Positions 27,401 to 34,259 of a stretch of DNA of 49,666 bases are shown here, piece after piece. The notes beneath the pieces are model-generated. The model worked only from the letters and a program-made list of their open reading frames with translations. It was not told where the DNA came from and did not search any database. Made by a program: the position numbers and the translations under genes. How positions within the stretch are numbered: position 1 is the first letter of the stretch; the number at the start of each line of letters is the position of its first letter. The stretch is from a virus, in IMG/VR virus record IMGVR_UViG_3300009515_000002, positions 1 through 49,666 of that record, one strand, 5' to 3'.

Positions 27401-28477
27401 CACGCACCATTTACTGAAGAAGTGTGGATGAGTGACCTAGCAAACATTGCTAGGACTAGTGGCACGAAACGTGGTGCAGTTGTGGAAGCTGGAGCTAAGG
27501 CTCTTGAGAGCGCACGAGCATTAAGTGCAGCGTCTTTAAGTGGACGGGGAGCTTTCTACACCAGAGCTGACACTTGGAACCGGGCAGTGAGTTTCTTTGC
27601 ACAGCGTAAGAAAACTCTCGACGCTTGGAACAAGTATAAGAAGCATGGGGATGTTGATGTCTTCAACCAGGAAAGCGGGCTCGACTTTCTTGGTGGTCAG
27701 AGCATGACACAGAAGTTCTGGGATTTGGTGGAGAATGGGAATCCGAAGAGTCTAGAAACTGCGCTCGACTGGTCTGGGACCATGATGGCGAACGAAACTC
27801 AGTGGATCTACCAGAGTGGTGCAGGACCGAGTTTGATTTCCCAGGGCATTTGGAAGATGGCAGGACAGTATGGTACGTGGCCTGCATGGTACATTGAGCA
27901 CTTCCGGAGAGGTCTAACGCGGGGACTGTTCTACGGAAAGGGCGGAGCCAGACAGCAGTTCAAGAATCCTGATCGGATCAAGTTCGCGTTGAGGACTGGT
28001 GCACTTCATGGCGCGATCGTGTCGAGTGCCGCCGCGACAGGAATGGCCATGTATCGTTGGTCGCCGCTTGCGAGTATGTCCTTCTCTGGTGGACCGATGG
28101 TGGAGTTCGGCAAGGACATCACAGCGTTGATCGGAGGGAAGCTCACGACGGGAGGAAGCACGGCAGAACGTATGCTAGTTCTCGGTAAGTATGGTGCGCG
28201 GGACACTGGACATGGTGTAACAGGGGTTGACATGTTCGACGTGCTTCCGTTTACAGAGTTCCTTCCGTTCACGCCAGGGAGTGGGATCGATATCAAAGGT
28301 GTCGAGGGTTGGATGAAGCTGTTCACGAATGGTCCAGGGAAGTTGATTCCAGGGTCGCTGTTGCTCAATGACTTCCGGAAGGCATCGGAGCAGCCAGACG
28401 GGTTTAGTTTTGCACTAAGAGCCGCTGGCTTCCCGATTCGAGCACAGGGTAGTGAGTGGGGGGCGTTGAAGTTCTAG
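24404..28477 (+). CDS. Very large internal-virion/ejection protein (T7 gp16-slot)
   Basis: 1357 aa, GTG after GAGGAGG, last gene of the + block. Called by size and position. No transglycosylase or peptidase motif was recognised. Confidence 0.45.
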   Translation: MPETYSQALARLNSIQERDAEDPNSATGVVSRIQLERRRTGVTNSRVNLLDRQRDDVGIFGQFARGAVLGAVEPFAFLRPVGSVVESLESAVPDSGAETVARVAGNLAGFFVPLTPAMKIGGTAAKALRLTRNPTAILEIADAGANITRLSAKGRFVQGAVAGAAVTAGAPAEDPAERLVNTALAASVFGIGDAILPVVGKAIWGMMPTGRTVKALDRATTELVENGSIVDESSAAILGRAAAAADALFPKRALDDIGIAAQREAIQNGTARMFSSDLIPGHVRVVPGLPREAGISMDKVLGKAGGFDFAAVKPPVARGQSKTIDYLVFPKGEMRAEIVQQYEKQGFLKGQKVAIDGNDWTIIGYNSANKNVRLKYQDKTKTVSQADLLDRGILHPVASWTIPKVKDAPKLWTKYLDEVGIEPGKPFEAEFAKFIERHGVKPEQAEPLREYFTQRLVLDLARIAPEEWSILSAIKKKKFVVGEELEDPLGTLRAMAAQQGYSVHMGGPVNSGTVGKGVFELVNAFQPGASQKFPSVRAAMAWIRENPQPGIPRISDLVPGLPLPEEILFGYEGAATQVTRGAAGMGGMNHPKMNRLDRLFAPVTPRLSAIRNFANRLTEQSGGEFQGTKLWGALSDLQISLGKARNQMNPHVKTLEKIRGRTWNQNVRPEKMAAVNDLIEAPTKGFNFIMEDGRRIAPSLRDDIIKNNNLSAKEIKFADEMRQWWDTLFKEITPQARLTATSEEFLQVYAPIMRSMEHDAALKHLKTTLGSKFDQNLFDLLSKVDASGLTFANQVNPVTNAAHMLRGSMMHIWAGPQQVAANQEVNGVLAFFGRKWVGGRRGTEPATGKEIVAQVEELVKKGRQDIADRVAGAPGKEVQWDGSAYEQLFNMGKEYLSAVRGGAPETWYSVRIVADDFLKSTGVKLSEKDVDKLVNTVISLNYGAFMGYRPALAVRNMIQPFVTTYPMVGAKYLAHGLKMAGNKDNYKQLRRAGAVVSNAHAPFTEEVWMSDLANIARTSGTKRGAVVEAGAKALESARALSAASLSGRGAFYTRADTWNRAVSFFAQRKKTLDAWNKYKKHGDVDVFNQESGLDFLGGQSMTQKFWDLVENGNPKSLETALDWSGTMMANETQWIYQSGAGPSLISQGIWKMAGQYGTWPAWYIEHFRRGLTRGLFYGKGGARQQFKNPDRIKFALRTGALHGAIVSSAAATGMAMYRWSPLASMSFSGGPMVEFGKDITALIGGKLTTGGSTAERMLVLGKYGARDTGHGVTGVDMFDVLPFTEFLPFTPGSGIDIKGVEGWMKLFTNGPGKLIPGSLLLNDFRKASEQPDGFSFALRAAGFPIRAQGSEWGALKF

Positions 28478-28612
28478 TTCACCTACAGAGGTTTCGCACC
28501 CCCACACTCAGCCTTTCAGACGCCAATTCTAGCATCTAATCATCTAAGTTCCGTAGTCACTAACATGCCGATCACGTGCTCTGCACATGTAGGATGGCTA
28601 CGATAGGTGTAG

Positions 28613-28684
28613 TGCTCGGGGCAGGAATCGAACCTGCGACCTACCGGGCTTCAACCGGACGCTCTACCGCTGAGCTACCCGAGC
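28613..28684 (-). tRNA. tRNA, anticodon GAA (Phe) by manual folding
   Basis: The reverse complement folds as GCTCGGG-TA-GCTC-AGCGGTA-GAGC-G-TCCGG-TTGAAGC-CCGGT-AGGTC-GCAGG-TTCGATT-CCTGC-CCCGAGC-A. The cloverleaf is canonical except for a U27:U43 mismatch and G37. CCA is not encoded. Confidence 0.75.
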
Positions 28685-28688
28685 TGCT

Positions 28689-28703
28689 GTTCACCGAGTG
28701 AAC
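28689..28703. promoter_or_regulatory. Copy S3 of the dyad motif (GTTCAC-CGA-GTGAAC, perfect half-sites)
   Basis: Overlaps the last codons and stop of the 28691-28888 gene, 5 nt from the tRNA 5' end. Identical 15-mer at 19889-19903. Confidence 0.4.
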
Positions 28704-28888
28704 CTCTTTTCAGCGTCTGTTACTGCAAGCTCTTCTACCGTAAAGTAGTTTTCAGCCTGCAGCATGTTTAACGGCGTGCGGTCGTCCAGGTCTGGATGCG
28801 GTGCTCTTAACCACCGTAAACATTCATCGATATCCCATTGTGTAAGCTGATGAATGCGTGGAGCATACAGACCTGCTGTATCATACAT
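28691..28888 (-). CDS. DUF2384 (Xre/MbcA/ParS antitoxin C-terminal domain)-like small protein
   Basis: 65 aa counted from the ATG preceded by GGAGAA, overlapping the upstream gene as ATGTATGA. CLRWLRAPHPDLDDRTPLNMLQ matches the DUF2384 core W(L)..P.p.Lgg.tPl.ll. Confidence 0.5.
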   Translation of the reverse strand: MYDTAGLYAPRIHQLTQWDIDECLRWLRAPHPDLDDRTPLNMLQAENYFTVEELAVTDAEKRFTR

Positions 28889-29417
28889 TGAGAAACTTCT
28901 CCACTCGTTCCTCGTCTCCCTCAAACACCGCTATCATGATTGCCCACTCTCCGCAGGCTTGCCGGAAACACTTTTCGCTAGATAGGCCAGAATTGATAGG
29001 GTCGTCCTCAAGTCCTGTAGGGTATCCGTGTTCGCAGGGACCCCACGCTCCTTGTAGAACATACTCAATTGCTCGGAATCCATATCCAAGGGCTCGGAAG
29101 AATCGGGTGTCTGTCCCAACAGCGTAATGTGCGGCGACACGATCTACTCCTTCGATAAGGTTGAGGACTACAGTAGAGTACAGGTCATGATCGAACGGTA
29201 AGTCGTTGTAACGAAAGAAGCCACGGGGCTCGAGAGCTCCAGTTGCTACAAACATGGTCCATGGGATGATCGGTACGCCGACTCTCATGGCCTTTTCTCT
29301 TTTGTTGAACCCAGGGTCAGAACCGACGAGAAGCATGTCGGTTTCCTTGGTGACACTGGACTGGATCTTCGCACCGAGCATTAGCTCAAAGTGTTTGGTG
29401 GCTTCGTCGCGGGTCAT
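28881..29417 (-). CDS. BRCT-domain protein with an uncharacterised ~115-aa C-terminal domain
   Basis: 178 aa. TRDEATKHFELMLGAKIQSSVTKETDMLLVGSDPGFNKREKAMRVGVPIIPWTMF aligns position-for-position with the LigA BRCT (SRDDAK..LGAKV.GSVSKKTDLVIAGE.AGSKL.KA.ELGI.VI.E.EM). Confidence 0.6.
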   Translation of the reverse strand: MTRDEATKHFELMLGAKIQSSVTKETDMLLVGSDPGFNKREKAMRVGVPIIPWTMFVATGALEPRGFFRYNDLPFDHDLYSTVVLNLIEGVDRVAAHYAVGTDTRFFRALGYGFRAIEYVLQGAWGPCEHGYPTGLEDDPINSGLSSEKCFRQACGEWAIMIAVFEGDEERVEKFLNV

Positions 29418-29605
29418 GAGTTTTCCTTCACGGGAATGACTGCGAACACTCCCTGTTTGTGTAAAAGATCGAGCACTCTAATCCACTCAGGTGTAGGAAA
29501 AAGGGTCTCGCCATCACGATTTACAATGTCGTAACTGTAGCCATCACACTTTCCACAGTCATCGAAACGGACGTACGCGATAGCTTCAATTAAATTTGAG
29601 GTCAT
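29414..29605 (-). CDS. Hypothetical protein; its C-terminus may supply BRCT strand beta-1
   Basis: 63 aa. Ends in GVFAVIPVKENS, then an ATGA junction to MTRDEA. Joined, the two match LigA GKTVVLTGSLSQMSRDDA in register. Confidence 0.45.
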   Translation of the reverse strand: MTSNLIEAIAYVRFDDCGKCDGYSYDIVNRDGETLFPTPEWIRVLDLLHKQGVFAVIPVKENS

Positions 29606-29888
29606 CTCTCCAAGCTCCTATTGACTTCGTGTCCATGGCTCTGCCTTTCCACTCATGGTGCAGTCGCTGCGCCAGATCCATGAAGTTGATGCGCAGACGG
29701 TCACAGACTTCGCGCTTTCCCTCTTTATCTTTCGGGCCGAGGAAGTCGATACGGATAGAGCGCAGGTCACTCTCGAGATGGATGTCCATCCGCTCGTCCT
29801 TGTCGGACTCAGCGAACATTACCTGTTGAGTAATGCTGCGTGATTTGTCTTGCACCGCTACAGCGGTGAACGACAGTCGTTTACTCAT
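29586..29888 (-). CDS. Hypothetical protein
   Basis: 100 aa counted from the ATG overlapping the upstream stop. The longer 29939 start would overlap the upstream gene. Confidence 0.4.
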   Translation of the reverse strand: MSKRLSFTAVAVQDKSRSITQQVMFAESDKDERMDIHLESDLRSIRIDFLGPKDKEGKREVCDRLRINFMDLAQRLHHEWKGRAMDTKSIGAWRDDLKFN

Positions 29889-30084
29889 TGGACTTAACCA
29901 CAAGTATAGGGAACGGCTCTGGTCGGGCGACGACGCCAATGTGTGGATGATTCTCCTCGTCTAAAGCCTCCTCGCAAAGAAAGCATGATGCTTCCTCACC
30001 CCTCCAGTATGTGAAGGTAGGCTCGTTCAGCATGTAGCACCAGTATACATCACGCTCATGAGGCAGCTTAGCTCGTTCACTCAT
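29881..30084 (-). CDS. Hypothetical protein
   Basis: 67 aa, ATGAGTGA overlap with the upstream gene. Confidence 0.4.
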   Translation of the reverse strand: MSERAKLPHERDVYWCYMLNEPTFTYWRGEEASCFLCEEALDEENHPHIGVVARPEPFPILVVKSNE

Positions 30085-31228
30085 TGGGCATGTACCATTG
30101 TTTACCAGCTTTGATCTCCATCTTTACAACTCCCATTGCGAGAAGGTTTGAGAGTATCCCATCTAGCTCTTGGTTGGTGAGAGCATGATGGTTTCTTGAT
30201 ATAATTTCACCGCGCGTGAGGCCACCATTCGATCTAAGCTCTTCCGCAATTCTTTCGAGGTCTCCGCTAACAGGGTTGCGACCAACGGCTGAGAAGGTCT
30301 GTGCCATCCTGTCTTCGAGGCCTTCGAGGAGATCCTTTGCGGTCCGAAAGTGGTCCCGTCGTATAACAAGTTCATCCGTCTCTGCGATACTGAGAAGCAT
30401 GGAGAGCCTGAGGATATGTGTTGGCTTACGTGCCAGATACCCTTTGAGCCTATAGTCCAGGTGGGTGTTACTCGGGTCCCACTTTTGTTCGTACCAGTTG
30501 TTGAACCAGTCCTTACCATCAGGGTCCCAGACGAACTCTCCTTCCAGGTCCATGATGTGTTGCAGGTCTCGCACCAACTTCTCCCGCATGATGAGCATCT
30601 TGGGAGTAATATTAACGTCGGCACGTTTGAATCTAGGTTTGTCTTCTCTGATAAAAATGGTTCGAGAGGCAAAGCCTCCGGAGATGAAGTTAGCATCGAG
30701 CTCGGAACTAGCAAACCACTCTGGGACCACGCCTCCAAGAAGAGAGAGGAAGGGAGTCTCGACCCTAGCAGTGCCACCGCCCTTTGTTGTATATTCCCAA
30801 TTGTCATCGCAGTCGTATATGTCTGTGAGGAACTCGACCATGTTGCCGCCGCTCGGACGGATGAAACTCGCAAACTCTGATGCGGTGACAGCCAAGGCAC
30901 AATTTCCACCACCACCACGTCGCGTCATCTGCTGAATTAATGCTTCCTTCGTGATGGCTTCGCTTGCTGTCGGTACACCAGCATCGAAGAGCATCTTTCG
31001 GGCAAACCGGATAGCGGCGGACTTGTGGACAATACCAGGCGGACCCACCAAGAGTACGAAGATGTTCGGAAAGAACTTGTAGTAGATCCATCTTGTGAAG
31101 AGATTCCTCTGGGTTGCGGAAGAGAGGATGGCTAATGCCGTCCACGTCAGGTAGTTGTCTGGACATTCGCTCTCGCTGGTGTAGTATCGGAAACCGTCTA
31201 GCCAGTTGGGGACTTCACGTTTGGACAT
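30077..31228 (-). CDS. P-loop NTPase, putative replicative helicase (DUF3987/VirE-like by eye)
   Basis: 383 aa from ATG 31228 (the track start 31261 is TTG). Walker A-like LLVGPPGIVHKS, Walker B-like CALAVTASEF. Lies next to the DNA polymerase gene. Confidence 0.4.
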   Translation of the reverse strand: MSKREVPNWLDGFRYYTSESECPDNYLTWTALAILSSATQRNLFTRWIYYKFFPNIFVLLVGPPGIVHKSAAIRFARKMLFDAGVPTASEAITKEALIQQMTRRGGGGNCALAVTASEFASFIRPSGGNMVEFLTDIYDCDDNWEYTTKGGGTARVETPFLSLLGGVVPEWFASSELDANFISGGFASRTIFIREDKPRFKRADVNITPKMLIMREKLVRDLQHIMDLEGEFVWDPDGKDWFNNWYEQKWDPSNTHLDYRLKGYLARKPTHILRLSMLLSIAETDELVIRRDHFRTAKDLLEGLEDRMAQTFSAVGRNPVSGDLERIAEELRSNGGLTRGEIISRNHHALTNQELDGILSNLLAMGVVKMEIKAGKQWYMPNE

Positions 31229-31406
31229 TGAGCTTCTCTTGTAGCTCCGTGATAGACTCAACTAGCTTCAGGTTCTGCCATAGCAGATATTGGATGAGTA
31301 TGTATACGTCGTGACTCATTCCACCTTGGATACCTGCTAATGCGCCCGAGACCCTATAGTCTTCTGTGTATGTGTATGGAGTTGCATGCTCCTCGAAGTC
31401 ATCCAT
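31215..31406 (-). CDS. Hypothetical protein
   Basis: 63 aa, ATG overlapping the polymerase stop (TATGGATGA). Confidence 0.4.
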   Translation of the reverse strand: MDDFEEHATPYTYTEDYRVSGALAGIQGGMSHDVYILIQYLLWQNLKLVESITELQEKLNVQT

Positions 31407-33891
31407 ACTTCTCTAGCTCCCCGTAGTTAGGTCCGTAAGCGGCGTCGACAGGAATGATCACGTTGTGAGTTTCGAGAGGAACCGGTACGGTCATTAGTTC
31501 CATAGCCTTGGGGATAACCTCCGAACGAAGCTCGGTCGGGTACTGGAGTAGTAACGCATCGTGATTCTCGAGAACAATACGAGAGCTATTATGTCCACTA
31601 GCGCGCAGTTCACTAAAGATACCATCCTCGACTCTCCTCATTCCAATGCGAATCATGTCTGCGACGGCACTCTGTGCGAAGTGTGAGTATCCTTCCCGGA
31701 ACGTCTCCTTGTTCATCCGTCCGAAGAAGATTCGCTCTCGACCAAAGGCGTTGACCAGCTTACCGTTCTTTCGTATCTCGGAGGTGATCCACTCCCAGTA
31801 ACTTTCCAGCTCAGGGTAAGCTGCCATGTGAGCGGCTCGCATGACTTTGGCAAGTTTCCTAGTGATTCTTGGAACTCCGGGTTTGCCAGCGTCTCTTGCA
31901 AGTATCTTGTAGAACTTCTCTGGACCCATTTCATAATTGAATGCATGGTTGCATCTCTTCGCAAGGTAGCGATGGGGATACTCCTCAACGTCGTCCCAGT
32001 CAATGTCTAGGACCTTCGTCGCAGTGAGTCTATGCACGTCTTGGCCAGCTTCAAAGCACTCAATCATCGCCTTGATGCCAGCTTGGTAGGCTACGATCCT
32101 GGCTTCTGCTTGGGAATAATCCAGATAAGCGAATTCATATCCACGTTCTGCGACGTACATAGAGCGAAGTTCATGAGGCACGGTCTGCATGTTGATTCCG
32201 TAACCTTCAATTGTCTTAGAACATGCGCTACGTCCTGTCTCGGTACGTACAGGATTGTATGAGAAATAGGTGTACCCCTTTCCATCACACTTTACCTTGA
32301 GGTAAGAGGAGATCCGCTTGAGCTTTTGACGGATGGAGATGATAAGGAGTAGGCTCTCGTCACCAGTTTCGTTGTAAAGCTCACGCAATGAATCCTCGTC
32401 GGCACTGAGAGCTTTTGTCTTTCTGTTTCGTTTCTCCTTGAACTTTCGTATTCCATAGAGATACTCCAACAGATCCTTTCGTCCATTGACGTTGATTGCT
32501 GGCTCACCTTTCTGCACCCTCTTGGCTAGTCTTGCTGTGAACTCACGGATCTCAGGTTCTCTCTGTGGTGTGGTCTTGACAATATCGATCAGGCTCTCCA
32601 TCACGAAGATGTCGAGAGCCTCGTACTCAGCGTCGGCCTCGCCTTGAGTCTCTTCTTTCTGCCGCTCCATCTCAGCGACGTCGACCTTGATTCCATTCAC
32701 GATCATGTTCACGTAGATCGGAATGTCGGAGGTCATCAGACGATCATACAAAGTCCGATGACGAGGATTAGTAAGCTCGTCACTTTGCATAGCTTGAAAG
32801 GCTTCAAGTGTGGTACAAACATCCTTACCATTATACCGCAAGAATTGGAGGATGTCTGCTTCGTCCTTACCACCAGTCTTCCAGACTTTACCCTCGTCTT
32901 TGTAGTACGGCTCGCGAGTGTAGACTGATGCAATTACATCTAATCCTTTCCGAAGTTCTGGATATGCCACGTGTTGAGCAACCATTGTATCTTCGCGGTA
33001 GTTCTCAACTCGTATCCCATTATTCTTGAGAAGAAATGACTGATCGAAAATGCCATTCTGCGCGAGCTTCGGTGTGGGATTAGCAAGCAAGGCTTTGGCA
33101 ACAGCCATACGACCTGCGTCCCGTGTGGTAAGTATAAGAGCCCATGAGGGGTCCGTAGAAAAGCCCACGCAGTAGAGTTTTTGCTGGACGCACTCGATGT
33201 CATAGCTAAGAAGATCTCCTTTGTTGAGGGCGTCCAAGCATCTGGCAAGTGTAGTTGGATCTGGATCGATGTAGTATTCTCTCTCTGGGAGTCTGAGATC
33301 TGAAAACTTGGCATCAGTTGCAATCCTTTTAAAGTCCGTCGCAAGAAACACCAGCATTTGGTACTGCCGAAGCACCGCCGCAGGGTGAATCGTGGGGATA
33401 ACCTTCCGGCCCTCGATACGAGCCCAGGCCGCCGCAAGCTCGTCGTCCAACAGCCCGTGCGCGGCGAACAACTGCGCGCGCTCGAGATCCAACGTGACCG
33501 GCATGATCGAGCCACGACGTTTCGTGATGGCCTGGTGTCCTGTCAGTGCCCACAGAGCGTAGTTTCCGAGGGGGACAATGACGTTGCTGTCTGCCTCAGC
33601 CAGGTCCAGGATCAGCTCACGCCAACCGTGCATTACTTTCTCATTCGGAATCACCTTGCCCTTTTTGATTGGAGCCCAGGCTTTCATCTGATTACCTGGA
33701 GGCTGATACGGACAGAGATTCGTGATGAAGATGTTAGCAAGGTTGATCTTTGCGTCGGCGATTACATTACGCAGTAACTGACCAGAGACGCCCACAAAGG
33801 GGCGTCTCTGATGGACTTCATCACGTCCTGGCGCTTCGCCTACGATGGAGATCGGTGCTGGTTTGGGGCCAGAGGAGGGGACACGGGTCAT
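31399..33891 (-). CDS. Family-A DNA polymerase with 3'-5' exonuclease, fused to an N-terminal family-4 UDG-like domain
   Basis: 830 aa. UDG-4 motifs GEAPGRDE...PFVGVSGQLL and IHPAAVLR. Exo motifs YDIECV, NGIFDQSFL, YNGKDV. Pol motifs A DYSQAEARIVA, B RYLAKRCNHAFNYEMG, C ENHDALLL. Confidence 0.9.
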   Translation of the reverse strand: MTRVPSSGPKPAPISIVGEAPGRDEVHQRRPFVGVSGQLLRNVIADAKINLANIFITNLCPYQPPGNQMKAWAPIKKGKVIPNEKVMHGWRELILDLAEADSNVIVPLGNYALWALTGHQAITKRRGSIMPVTLDLERAQLFAAHGLLDDELAAAWARIEGRKVIPTIHPAAVLRQYQMLVFLATDFKRIATDAKFSDLRLPEREYYIDPDPTTLARCLDALNKGDLLSYDIECVQQKLYCVGFSTDPSWALILTTRDAGRMAVAKALLANPTPKLAQNGIFDQSFLLKNNGIRVENYREDTMVAQHVAYPELRKGLDVIASVYTREPYYKDEGKVWKTGGKDEADILQFLRYNGKDVCTTLEAFQAMQSDELTNPRHRTLYDRLMTSDIPIYVNMIVNGIKVDVAEMERQKEETQGEADAEYEALDIFVMESLIDIVKTTPQREPEIREFTARLAKRVQKGEPAINVNGRKDLLEYLYGIRKFKEKRNRKTKALSADEDSLRELYNETGDESLLLIISIRQKLKRISSYLKVKCDGKGYTYFSYNPVRTETGRSACSKTIEGYGINMQTVPHELRSMYVAERGYEFAYLDYSQAEARIVAYQAGIKAMIECFEAGQDVHRLTATKVLDIDWDDVEEYPHRYLAKRCNHAFNYEMGPEKFYKILARDAGKPGVPRITRKLAKVMRAAHMAAYPELESYWEWITSEIRKNGKLVNAFGRERIFFGRMNKETFREGYSHFAQSAVADMIRIGMRRVEDGIFSELRASGHNSSRIVLENHDALLLQYPTELRSEVIPKAMELMTVPVPLETHNVIIPVDAAYGPNYGELEKYG

Positions 33892-34259
33892 ACCTTATAC
33901 GTCCACTTCTCAAACCCCTTCCAACGCTCGACGATTACAGTGTCGTCATCATGAACCTCAGTGACCACACCGTAAGGTACTGTACGCTTGGGACTGATGG
34001 CAACAATGTCTCCGTGCCGGTTGAACGAGACTAGAGTGCCGACTTCAACCACCTCGCCAGGGGCTAGTGGTACCCGGATGATGGTCCTGGGTTTGATGTT
34101 CAGAGCGTCGAGGGTAGAGACCATAGTCTCTGGCGTGAGTTCTGGTTCCTCCGGTAGAGTATCGAAGTCTACAGACTCAGGGGCTTCACCCTCACCGACC
34201 ACGGACATCGGAACAACTGCACTAAGCCCGAGGGCTTTTAGGAAATCAGATCTCTTCAT
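33888..34259 (-). CDS. Exported protein candidate with a Tat-like (KR) signal
   Basis: 123 aa counted from the ATG overlapping the upstream stop (AAATGA). The N-terminus MKRSDFLKALGLSAVVPMSVV resembles the twin-arginine pattern (S/T)RRxFLK with KR. No Cys or lipobox. Confidence 0.45.
   Translation of the reverse strand: MKRSDFLKALGLSAVVPMSVVGEGEAPESVDFDTLPEEPELTPETMVSTLDALNIKPRTIIRVPLAPGEVVEVGTLVSFNRHGDIVAISPKRTVPYGVVTEVHDDDTVIVERWKGFEKWTYKV

Noticed and set aside
28689-28703. Dyad motif read as a LexA/SOS box
   Set aside because: The Gram-positive Cheo box is GAAC-N4-GTTC and the E. coli box is CTGT-N8-ACAG. This motif is GTTC-N7-GAAC, with the opposite half-site order, so it matches no LexA consensus I know.
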